The position numbers were made by a program, and so were the translations under genes. Under the pieces are notes generated by a model. The model was not told the origin of the DNA. It ran no database searches and was given only the letters and a program-made list of their open reading frames with translations. Shown in pieces: positions 1-11,304 of a DNA stretch of 64,000 nucleotides; the stretch's first letter is position 1, and each line of letters starts with the position of its first letter. Source of the stretch: Squalus acanthias. Lineage: Eukaryota. Where the stretch lies: assembly GCA_030390025.1 (NCBI GenBank), contig CM059432.1:97900001-97964000 (forward strand), in the 5' to 3' direction.

Positions 1-608
1 AATGAGGGGGTGGTCATATGAGGAGAGGTTGGGTAGATTGGGACTCTACTCATTGGAGTTCAGAAGAATGAGAGGCGATCTTATTGAAACATATAAGATT
101 GTGAAGGGGTTGGATCGGGTGGATGCGGGGAGGATGTTCCCGATGACGGGTGAGACTAGAACTAGGGGACATAGTCTTAGAATAAGGGGCTGCTCTTTCA
201 AAACTGAGATGAGGAGGAACTACTTCACTCAGAGGGTGGTAGGTCCATGGAATATGCTGCCACAAAAAGCTGTAGAAGCTACATCATTAAATAAATTTAA
301 AACAGAAATAGACAGTTTCCTAGAAGTAAAGGGCATTAAGGGTTACGGGGAGCGGGCAGGAATTTGGACATGAGTCTAGGTTCGGATCGGTCATGGCCCT
401 GTGGGTAGTGGAGCGAGCCCAGGGACCGTGTACGCTGATTCTGCTCCTATTTCGTGTGTGCAATTCTGTTAGATGCAGGAGATGGTTCTGTGATAGATAG
501 TAGATTGGCGGTTAGGATCAGATCAGCCATGATCTTATTGAATGGCGGAGCAGGCTCGAGGGGCCGATTGGCCTACTCCTGCTCCTATTTCTTATGTTCT
601 TATGTTCT
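1..608 (+). mobile_element. CR1 LINE 3' end (ORF2 C-terminus 2..373 plus 3' UTR/tail)
   Basis: SYEERLGRLGLYSLEFRRMRGDLIETYKI...TRGHSLRI...FTQRVV is the CR1 ORF2 C-terminus; the UTR ends in TTCTTATG repeats. Confidence 0.9.
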
Positions 609-699
609 TTAGACCTGGATCATGTTCTTACCCCCTCCCCACTGTTCTCACCGTGCTCTCTCCCAACAAGCTCCTGACATTCTCTCCCCGAGCTCCTGA

Positions 700-932
700 C
701 CTTCTCCAACCTCTCCGATTCCTCCCTCTCTGAGCTCCTCTCCCCCCTCTGATCCCCTCACCTCCCTCCCCTCCAATCCCCTCTCCTCTCCCCACTCTGA
801 TCCCCTCTCCTCTCCCCCTCCGATCTCCTCTCCTCTCCCCCCTCCGATCTCCTCTCCTTTCTCTCTTTGTTACCCTCTCCTCTCCCCCCTCCGATCTCCT
901 CTCCTCTCCCCCCTTCAATTTCCTCTCCTCTC
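700..932. repeat. CT-rich low-complexity repeat
   Basis: Imperfect ctcctctccccctccgat units. Confidence 0.85.
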
Positions 933-2530
933 TGATATTGCGAATCGGACTGGGATTACAAACTCCTGGGTTCCAGTTATGGCTGCATAAGATAGTGAGG
1001 CTGGAAAAACAGCACAGCCAAAGGGCTGCTTTGAATTGTTATTCTCTTGTTCTTTTGAGCCGTGGTTACAGAGCTACAATATTTGGGGTAAACGCACAGA
1101 TGCCCACCATTCAATCAAGGATGGCAGTCAAAGTTTTCACCTCCCAATATCATTTTCCTCTGCAAGGGGCCGGGTCCACCGCCAGCCCGGCTCAGAACTC
1201 CTGCCCACTCGTTGCACCATCGGCATCGGCAATTACAACCAAATTCAAGCTCTCCCCAAGGTTACCCCTTCGATCCCCTCTCCTCCCTCCCACCCACCCC
1301 TTTAATCCCCTCTCCTCTTGCCCCCACCACATCCAATCCCCTGACACTGTTGGGTACTGCACAAGTGCGACCGGATCGAGTGCACATGTGCGGTACCAAA
1401 CAGGCACACATGCGCAGAGAGAATCAAAAATGCGATGCATATAATCACTCCGCCCAAAATCAGCGGAAAAATGGAGCGGGAATGCCTCCCCAACCTCGAT
1501 TTCCTTCCCCGCCTCTCCATCCAGGACTGTTACGGATTACACTTTCCCCATCTAACACATGTAAATAGTGGTATTGAGATAGAGGATCAACCATGATCTC
1601 ATTGAATGGTGGAGCAGGCTCGAAGGGCTGAATGGCCTACTCCTGCTCCTATTTTTCTATGTTTCTATAGGGACAGGTAGAAGAGCCAAGGGTTGTTTAC
1701 TCTGGAGAAGAGAAGGCTCAGGATAATTATTATCAAGTATTCAAGATTCTTATGGGGATAAATTAATTGAATTGATAATAGCTTTGAGAATGTCCCAAAC
1801 TCTAGAAAGTAGAACATGAGCTCAAGGTTAGAAGACAGAAAGCGCACAGACAGCTTAGATTTAACTGCTTCATTAATAATGTAGTGAACATATGGAATGG
1901 ACTGTCCAGAAAGGTAGTGGAGACAGATAGACAGGAAAAGAATGAAGGAAAATTAGAAAGATATTTGAGGGAATAAAAACAGAAAATGCTGGAAATACTC
2001 AGCAGGTCAGGCAGCATCTGTGAAGAGAGAAACAGAGTTAACGTTTCAGGTGGATGACCTTTTGTCAGAACTGGAAAAAAGCAGGAAATGGAACAGATTT
2101 TTAAGCAAGTGTAGTGGCTGGGAAATGGGGAGGGGATGAAAGAACCAAAGGGAAGGCCTGTGATAGGCTGGAAGGCAGGAGAGATTAAGAGACATTGAGA
2201 GACATTAAGAGATATTCAAGGCAAAAGGGGATGGTAATGCGACAGGTTAAGAAACAAAGGATGGCTCTAGATGAAGTGTAAATTGCGCTGGCAGAATGGA
2301 AGACAGCTGCCCTGTGGGAGAGAAGAACAGAACAAAAGTGTGGATAAAAAATATATATATATATATGTTATGATTTGAAATTGTTTTGAGATAGAGTGAG
2401 TCGGTGCTGCTGAAGAGAGAGGTCGAGAGTGTTCATGTGGCGTTGCATGGCATTCAGCGTGGATCTCAGGATACGGCGAGAGCAGTGGTTCGAGGAACGC
2501 TGAATATCTTGGGGATATCTGTAGTCCTGG

Positions 2531-3310
2531 GTGGATCCAAAACACGATGCCACCTTCCATACCAGTGCTTCCGACATGTCTTCCTTTTTCCTCAACCAAG
2601 GATTCCCCTCTACGGCCCTTAACCGTGTCCGTTCTATCTCCCGCACTTCTGCCCTCACCCCTGCCCCTCCCTCCCGGAACCACGATAGAGTTCCCCTTGT
2701 CCTCACCTTTCACCTCACCAGCCTCCACATTCAACAGATCATCCTCCGCCATTTCCGCCACCTCCAGCGTGATCCCACCACCAAACGCATCTTCCCCTCA
2801 CCTCCCCTTTCAGCATTCCGTAGGGACCACTCCCTCCGCGACACCCTAGTCCACTCCTCTATCGCCCCCAACACCCCTTCCCCTTCGCCCGGCACCTTCC
2901 CGTGCAAACGTAGGAGATATAACACATGCCCTTATACCTCCCCACTTCCCACTGTCCAGGGCCCCAAACACCCCTTCCAGGTGAAACAGCGATTTACTTG
3001 TACTTCTTGCAATTTAGTATACTGTATTCGCTGCTCACAATGTGGTCTCCTCTACATTGGGGAGACCAAACGCAGATTGGGTGACCGCTTTGCGGAACAC
3101 CTCCATTCAGTCCGTAAGGGGGACCCCGAGCTTCCGGTCGCCTGTCATTTTAATTTACTGCTCCACTCCCACTCAGACCTCACCGTCCTCAGCCTCTTGC
3201 ATTGTTCCACGAAGGCTCAGCGTAAGCTCGAGGAACAGCACCTCATCTTTCGATTAGGCACTTTACAGCCCTCTGGACTCAACATAGAATTCAACAATTT
3301 CAGATCATAA
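2531..3310 (+). pseudogene. Penelope C-terminal GIY-YIG endonuclease ORF remnant
   Basis: FTCTSCNLVYCIRCSQCGLLYIGETKRRLGDRFAEH...EQHLIFRLGTLQPSGLN. Confidence 0.9.
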
Positions 3311-3612
3311 CATATATATATTTATATATTTTTTATCCACACTTTTGTTCTGTTCTTCTCTCCCACAGGGCAGCTGTCTTCCATTCTGCCAGCGCAATTT
3401 ACACTTCATCTAGAGCCATCCTTTGTTTCTTAACCTGTCCCATTACCATCCCCTTTTGCGTTGAATATCTCTTAATGTCTCTCAATGTCTCTTAATCTCT
3501 CCTGCCTTCCAGCCTATCACAGGCCTTCCCTTTGGTTCTTCCATCCCCTCCCCCATTTCCAAGCCACAACACTTGCTTAAAAATCTGTTCCATTTCCTGC
3601 TTTTTTCCAGTT

Positions 3613-3646
3613 CTGACGAAAGGTCATCGACCTGAAACATTAACTC
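3613..3646 (+). ncRNA. Minimal hammerhead ribozyme motif in Penelope pLTR (inverted, mutated copy at about 2035-2068)
   Basis: CTGACGA-AAGGTC-atc-GACCT-GAAA core with stem II; hammerhead motifs are known in Penelope pLTRs. Confidence 0.7.
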
Positions 3647-4446
3647 TGTTTCTCTCTTCACAGATGCTGCCTGACCTGCTGAGTATTTCCAGCATTTTCT
3701 GTTTTTATTTCAGATTTCCAGCATCTGCAGTATTTTCTTTTTGTTTAAAGATATTTGAGGGAGTGGGTGATTAAGAGATGGACTGCAGTCTTACCATGTT
3801 CTGTACTTTCCTATGTTCTTATGTTGAGTTTAAGTGAGCCAGTGTGAATTATTTCTCCAGCCCCTTGGACAAATTGGAACCGTCCCCTCAGACATCTTTA
3901 AAAGTGAGAGTAATTGGCAGGACCAGACTGCTGATAAATCAAGCCCAGAAATGCAGTCTGCCATTGGTCCATCCCTGAGATAAGGGCCACCTCTGTCTAA
4001 AGAGGCTATAAATGTAAGCAGCTATGTACATCACAGACCCCAGGCCTTGAGGTGGCATTTAGAAAAAGTATGAGAATAGGATAAAGGAGAGGCTGTAAAC
4101 TGACAAGCAGTATGCAAAGGCGTGAATCTTAGGTTTGTGTTTCACCAAATTGTTCCAGAATCATAATAATGTGTCACAGACTAGTTCATCTGTATGCATT
4201 AGATACAGGAAGGGGGAGGAAGTGCTGCCTTGGTTTTAAGAACATTTTGATTATTGGGTGGTATTATATCTAAAACAGTGAGCCAGATAACATATACAAA
4301 TATTGAAGTAGAAATTTGTCTTGGGTAGGAGCACAAACCATGTGCTCGTGAATCTGCAGCCTGTTTTACACTCAGCCGTTTATTCATTTTCCATTGAAGC
4401 CAAAGGAAAAGAAACATGGGTGGAGTGCAAAACAGGCTGCTGCCTA

Positions 4447-5210
4447 CAACAACAACAACAACGTGTATTTATATAGTGCCTTTAATATAGTAAAACGTCC
4501 CAAGGCACTTCACAGGAGCGTTATGAAACAAAATTTGACACCGAGCCACATGAGAGCTTAGGGCAGAAGAGGCAGGTTTTAAGGCGCGTCTTAAAGGAGG
4601 AAAGAGAGGTAGAGAGGCGGAGAGGTTTAGGGAGGGAATTCCAGAGCTTAGTGCCGAGGCAACAGAAGGCACGGCCACCAATGGTGGAGCAATTAAAATC
4701 AGGGATGCTCAAGAGGGCAGAGTTAGAGAAGCGCAGATATTTCGGGGGGTTGTGGGGCTGGAGGAGATTACAGATATGGGGAGGGGCGAGGAGAATTTTA
4801 AGATCGAGGCGTTGCTTAACCAGGAGCCAATGTAGCTCAGCGAGCACAGGGGTGATGGGTGAATGGGACTTGGTGCGAGTTAGGACACGGGCAGCAGAGT
4901 TTTGGATGACTTCAAGTTTATGAAGGGTATAACGTGGGAGGTCGGCCAACAGTGCGTTGGAATAGTCAAGTCTAGAGGTAACAAAGGCATGGATGAGAGT
5001 TTCAGCAGAAGATGAGCTGAGGCAGGGGCGGAGACGGGTGATGTTATGGAGGTGGAAATAGGCGGTCTTAGTTATGGCGCGGATATGTGGTCGGAAGTTC
5101 GTTTCAGGGTCAAATATGACACCAAAGTTGTGAACCGTCTGGCTAAACCTCAGACAGATGCTAGGGAGAGGGATGGAGTCGGTGGCGAGGGAATGGAGTT
5201 TGTGGCCTAA
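4447..5210 (-). mobile_element. L2 LINE 3' fragment
   Basis: AETLIHAFVTSRLDYSNALL...HSPITPVLAELHWL...GGRAF...LWNSLP...FKTRLKT; (TTG)n tail. Confidence 0.9.
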
Positions 5211-6855
5211 GACAAATTTATACCCTATTGAGTTTGCTAAAAGGGGATACGCCTTAGCCAGCAGGATAAATGCAAGAAAAGTTGACGGCAAGGAAAAGTC
5301 CATCAAATGTTATTCTTCCAGAAACCCCTGTGGATTTTTAGGCCCGAATGTCCTTTCCAGGTACATCCTTTCAAAATGTATCACCTCACATTTAAATTCA
5401 TCTGACATCTAGATTTACCCTATGTATTTCATTTAAAAATGTTTATACTTAGTGAGATCTCCTCCAGGCACATTGGCCTGGATATTAACAAGGGCGTGTT
5501 ACATAGCGTACGTGTAGTTTTAACTCCACAGCATGCGTCTTTTGGCCTTGACAGGTTCCCTGGCCGAAAGTCAGCCTGATTGACAGGCTTGGCTTCCAAC
5601 CGGGGCAGGAAAGACTCCTGTGCAGGCCGTAGGAGCAGGTGGCTCCAATCCACAGCCCCTGGGGGGTATCCAATCCCGGGGGTGGGGGGGTACATCCGAT
5701 GGGGGGCCCGGGGGAAGCACTCTGGCCCACAAGCAGTGCTGTAGTGCTGTAAGGGCACTTACCTTCTCCGTAAAGCTGTCCTCACCTCCCTTGAGCTGCC
5801 AGATTTCCCAAGGCTAGGGAAACCCGACAAGCCAAGTTAAATCTGTAAAACAGGTTAAATCAGAAGCTGCCAGCCTGATTAAAATATTTGAATTGCCAAC
5901 CTGCCTCCTGGGAGTGGGTTGGTTGCCCGCCGCCCCCCCCCTCCACCCCCCGTCCCGCCTCCGTTAAAGCTGAAAGCGGGCGGGTTGGAGGTGGGTTGGT
6001 GTTGGGTTTGAGATTTTTTAAATTTTAACCTCTGACCCGACCCTAACCCACCTGTTTTATGGGTGTTAAAATCCAGCCCATTCTTTCTAGAGTATAGAGC
6101 TTGAGCTTTTCTAATTGTTCCTCAGCTCCTCCCCTTTACACTGGAATCGATCATATTGCTCTTTCTCCAATGAATGTATATGCTTTTTGTGCTATAGCGA
6201 CCAGAATTGAACTGTGTGGTCTGATCACTCCAGCGTAACTCTGCTGTCCATTTTATATCTCCCAGGATTCTTTGTGAGTGAATCATGATCAACCTTGTTA
6301 GTGAAGAGTTTTGTGTCTTACTGCCTGCTGAACCATTTCATATTTGTAATACTGCTCATGAGTCTTTAAGAAATAATATTTGTGTAGTTAATATTTGCCT
6401 AAGGAAATCAAAACAAATTAACTGATAGTGTCATTTTGTCATTGTAATGTTATACTAAAGAAAATATTATTAATTCTACATGGATTTCTCCTCACAAGTA
6501 TGATAATATTTATTTGATAGGGGGTGATGGAATTTATTATGGTTCGATATTTTGTTCACTGAGGTAATGAGGTAAAACACAAAGGGAGAATGAGAAATAG
6601 ATGGGATATATTGAGCAAAATGTGGTTGGCAAGCAACAGAAGGTGAAACAGTGAAGAAAATTATAAATTTAGACCTTAGTATACAATCAGTTTAAAAATC
6701 AAGTGGTTAGCAAAGTATTAGCAGAGATGGAGCTTTTGATAAAACTAATGGGTTAAATATGGTACATTAAAGCTGCCATGCAAGATAACAAATCCCTGAA
6801 TGCTGAGTTTCAAGAAAACTAACAATCTAATATGGTGCAGACACTCAAAAGTAAT

Positions 6856-7619
6856 GGGCCAGAAATTCGGCTCTCCGGCTTCCCGCGGGTGCAAGAATCG
6901 CGCACGTACTTACCTACCGCGCCTGCCGTTGTGCTTCGGGCCCGCGTGGAATTCAGCTCCTGGGCCTCCTGCAGCTGCCGGCGCGCAGTGCTTGCGTATC
7001 CCAGGGGCGCAGTTAGTTGGAAGCGTCCCCTGGGATCATGTGAGCCATGGAGAGCCAATCGGAGCAGGGAATCTTCATTCATAGATTTTGACAGGAAGAC
7101 CTGTCAAATCTATGACTAGAGATCGGCCCCAAAACCTCACTAAAGCTTCAAATAAATTTTTTAAAAAAAATCACATTTTTAAAATAACTATAAATTACAT
7201 AAATTAACTACTTTAAACAAAAATTTAAATTTTTGAAAAAATTAATTACACTTTTTAACGGTGATAAAAATAAACTTACCTTTCTTTAAAGTATGTAAAA
7301 AAGATAAACCTGTTAAAAAAATGTTTAAATTGTACTTAATTCACCACTTACCTTGTTAAAAGCAGGCCTTGTGCCTCCTTTTTCCCCGCGCAGCTTTTCC
7401 GTACTTACCCTCACGGAGAAACCTGAAAAAAAAAACGAAATTCGCTGCGTGCGCGCTGCCTCTCCGGCGCATGCGTTCGACCTCTGAACCCCTTCCTTCA
7501 GGGGAACGGAAGTTCCGGTTTCCAGCGCATGCGCAGTGCATGCGAAACCGGCACTTTCGTTGGGTTTACGGGTGAGTACCCAGCGCGTACTCACTCGTGG
7601 AGACCCGAATTTCTGGCCC
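6856..7619. mobile_element. Harbinger-like MITE (near-identical copy at 42713-43467; more distant relative at about 23114-23829)
   Basis: Terminal inverted repeats (TIRs) GGGCCAGAAATTCGG / CCGAATTTCTGGCCC; AT-rich core; clean TSD not seen. Confidence 0.8.
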
Positions 7620-7959
7620 ACAGCATAGCTGTAACAATACTGTATTTTGAAACAAATTGATTGGAAATGCTCATCTTGATATTTTAGTTATTTCCAACCT
7701 AGAATCATGGGGAGTCAAATTCAACTTTGACTGGGGGGGGAGCGAGGTGGTGGGGGACGTAAAACAGACGGTAGCAGATCAGCCATCTGTTCTACACCCC
7801 GTCCGATTTTACATTCAATGATAATCGGGTGGAGTGTAGAAAAAGCGTCCAATCCATTATCATCCATTTTGCACCCCCACCAAAGTGGAATTTCATTCCC
7901 ATAGAATTTTACACCTCATTAGTACGCCATTCAGCCAATCTCATCTGTGCCTGCAATAT

Positions 7960-9141
7960 CTATCCACTTAGTCCCATTCCCTTGTCCTTTCTCAGTGCAC
8001 TGCTTTTTTTCATTTTCAATTACTTATCCACTTCCTTTTTAGAAGCTATTGTGGATTCTGCTTCAAATACTGTTTCTGGTAGGGAATTCCATATCCGAAG
8101 AACCCGCTGTGTAAAGCAAATTTCTCCAAACCTCTCCCATCATTTTTTGGTCATGATCTTAAATTTATGTGTTCTATCTAGTGACTCACCAACTGGTGGA
8201 AATAATTTTTCCTGATTTACTTCATTAAAACCCTAAGGGGGAAAAATTGAATCACACCCCCTTTGGGGCGCTAACTTCGCTACTTTTAGCGCCCCGAAAA
8301 AATTAGCAGCCCCGCGGCCGAAATTGAGTGGTAGCGCCCCAAGAGGGAAGCGGGGCGCTACTGGAAGCGCCCCGCCTCCCTCTTGGGGCGCTTCTTAAAG
8401 GGGAGGGGCCTTGCGCAGCCTGACCCGGAGCCCAGCTGGGCCACCGGGATCAGAGTGCCGGCAAAAGAGCCCTGGCACTCAAGAGAAGTGCCGGGCTCAT
8501 GGAGCGCAGCCGGCACTCTGCGGGTGGGGGGGGGGGGGGGCGCTGCTCAGGAGGCCAGGGACGGCAGCAGAGGCAGGTACTGGCAGGCGGCCAGCAACAA
8601 AAATGGCCACCCGGCACCTCGCCTTTAAATAGTGCCGCCCCGGCCGCAGGTAGGCACCCGTGACCCCATAGCGTCCAGCGGTGAGTCAGGGGGCACTACT
8701 GAAGATCACAGCCGGGGCGCGAGCGGGGCGCTGCGCATGGCTATGACGTCATCGCCAGTGGCGCAGCGCCGCAGGGCGATAATGGTTACCGCCGCCACTA
8801 ACCTCCTGCTAAATTTCACGGTAGGCGTTGGTGGCGCCGCACCCGGGCGCTAGTTGCTTTGCGCCCCGTTAGCACCCTCTTAGGGCGCTAACGGGAGGCA
8901 CAAAGCAACCAAATTTTTCCCCCTAATTGTCCTAATGAAAAGAGGCCCAATTTGTCTAGTCTATTTTCATAACTGAAGCCTCTCAGCCCTGGTAGCATCT
9001 TAGCATCTCTCCTCATAGGACAACCATAGCATCTCTTCTGTACTCTCTTCATGACCTTGACATCCATCGCAAAGTAAGGCAACCAAAACTGGGCATAATA
9101 TTCTAACTGCACCCTAACCAACGATTTGTACAGTTTCAGCT
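7960..9141 (-). mobile_element. Old CR1 fragment (continues about 21069-21225 and 22037-22250), host of the MITE and the provirus
   Basis: LVRVQLEYYAQFWLPY...LRGFSYENRLDKLGLFSL; CR1-like sequence resumes after the right LTR; boundaries approximate. Confidence 0.7.
8237..8923. mobile_element. Harbinger MITE (partial relative at about 44645-45079)
   Basis: TIR GGGGGAAAAATT / AATTTTTCCCCC, TAA TSD on both sides, inserted in a CR1; right end resembles the autonomous Harbinger end at 31013. Confidence 0.85.
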
Positions 9142-10865
9142 TGTAAGGGATTCCTGACCCTGCGTGTCTCGCAGCCTGTGAGATTCACGCGGCTCTGTGC
9201 AGCCTGTATGTCAGTGCGGGTCTAGGCCTGGTTGCCTGTTCTGGTCTCCAGCCAGTCTGGGAACACTAGACACACCTGTGAGTGGTTCGAATCACTCTCC
9301 CTTACGGTTCTAGACACTGGACTTAGATGCGAGAGCAGTAATGGAGATAAAACTCATGTAGACTTGGTTTGAATGGTACGAAATGGAAAATCTTTATTGC
9401 ATGATACTTAAAATTATGAAATACATGTCATAAGCACAGATTAATGACAGTACAATCTTACAAACAGTTATATAGTCGATCTTAGGGAAACGAGGAACGA
9501 ACGGCACAAAGTAAATAGGGGCACACATTACAAATATCCTTAATCCTTAAACCCTCCCCTATCAATATCTATCCTAAACTAGCTTCGTAGGATCTCGAGA
9601 CTCATGCTCACCCCTCGTGATAACTCGGAGAAATTCCGAATAGCTGATCGGATGTTTTTCACCGCAGCACCCACGTGTCGGTCAGGAGATCTCCTGGTCC
9701 CACTTGTTTACTTGCTTCTGCTGCTCCGGCTAGCAGGCTGGACCGTCTGCTGTGATGAAGACCTGTGTTGGTTGGCTTAACAGGTACTCTTGGAGCACAG
9801 TTGTCAATATCATCGATACGATGTGTTTTCACGTTCCAGTCTCCTTAGACACAGTCCCGTTATCGTCGATGCAATATGTTTTTGTTAAAAGTTCAAAATA
9901 GAAATCTTCCTGGCGAGGAAAACTTGGCTAATCGACCTACAGGCGCGGTCGGGATTTACTGACCGTGGCGATGGATATGGTCTTCCTCTCTTCTCATCTC
10001 ATCTCATCTCATCTCATCTCATCTCGGGCCTTCGGTTCCGCTGCCAGTTACCAACATAGGTCTTCGTTACGCGACACGAGGTAGATCCGAACGGATCAGA
10101 AAGTTCAACAGTCTTTTCAGAAGAGGCAACAGGCAAGCAGAAGCCCAACTACGAGTACACAGGAGCAGCCACGAGGTTACGAATCGACCGGATAAAAACA
10201 CAGGAGCAAGCGAGCGAATGCAAGAGCAAGAGAGAGAATGGACGGTTTGGAGCCTGCAATTATAGTGCAAAAATCTTCCGTTTCCCGCCCAACTATAATG
10301 TCCATTCTTTTGTTTAGGGTTTGGCGCCCAAATGTCTTGTATGGGTGATCTCCGTTCTTAATGGGTTTCGGGGCTACTCGTAAATGTCTGAGTACCTGTT
10401 AATATTTCTCCCATTGTTAAATCGGTCGGTGTTCTCCCTGGAGGGGTTTGGGGCTTCCAAGTGTCCTGTATAACTACCTGCTAACGGCTCTCTCATCGTA
10501 GAGTCGTTGGGATTTTACATATTAATGTCCTTTGGATGGGCCCTTGATTACTCGGTACAATGGCTTTCCTTTGTACCTGGGAGACCGATTCCAGTATCTA
10601 TGTTTATACTGCAAACCCATAATGTCTCGTGTATTATCTTCACTGTGCTGCATCTTAATCGATCTTGCACAAATGTTTATTGGAACGCCATCTTGTCTGC
10701 CTGTTGAAAAGTCTAGAATGTTCTGTCACGAGGTGCGGCGGCCATTTTACAGGCTGCTTGTGTCCAATTTAAACCTGCCAGCATTCTGCTGAAATAAAAG
10801 CTGTTTGAACGAAACTTTGTGTTTTCTCCTTATTAATCAAATCGCGATATATTGCGAATTCTACA
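9142..10865 (-). repeat. 3' LTR (1724 bp)
   Basis: Direct repeat of 19341-21064; minus-strand AATAAA at 9393-9398; (CATCT)n microsatellite at about 9993-10025. Confidence 0.97.
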
Positions 10866-10877
10866 GTCCCTCCTGTT
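10866..10877 (-). promoter_or_regulatory. Short polypurine tract
   Basis: Minus strand AACAGGAGGGAC immediately before the TG of the 3' LTR. Confidence 0.6.
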
Positions 10878-11304
10878 GATGCGAATAACTCCGCTTATCG
10901 TATCAAAAATCATAGTGGTGAGCAATATTATCTCGATTTCTCTCCGAATCCAGTAAATTAATCCCATAATTTTTAACTTAGCTAGGGTCTCCGTGTCGTC
11001 CTCATTTCCCAAGAAAATCACATTTTATATCACCGTAGGCATTATTTGCCCTTAACTTACACCACTTGTTTTCCTTCCCGGCGTAACCAGGCCGATACCT
11101 CTCGTATCACCTGTATATTTGTCTTTTATTCAGGGAAAGGAAAAAACAAAACCCAAAACCAAACAATCAACACCATCACCAAAATAATCAAAACCCCAAC
11201 TCTTAAAACATGTCGAGTTCCCAACGTATTTACAATCTCTGAAAATCTTATGAGTACAAACTTCCGCGGCGCACGCGGCGAGCGGGAGTGACGCCATTTT
11301 CCGA

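Larger units (their letters stand above)
1973..3746 (+). mobile_element. Penelope-like retroelement, 5'-truncated, with inverted pseudo-LTR copy
   Basis: 16-bp TSD AAAGATATTTGAGGGA (1957-1972 / 3747-3762); ~410-bp inverted repeats (about 1973-2385 vs 3295-3710); GIY-YIG ORF. Confidence 0.88.

Noticed and set aside
628..1568. ORFs in this interval
   Set aside because: Low-complexity or repeat-derived, no protein motifs
10067..10792. Small ORFs within the LTR
   Set aside because: Short, mostly antisense or non-ATG, no motifs; duplicated only because the LTR is
11280..11302. Second PBS-like TGGCGTCAC after env
   Set aside because: Only about 9 nt of tRNA-like match and not next to an LTR
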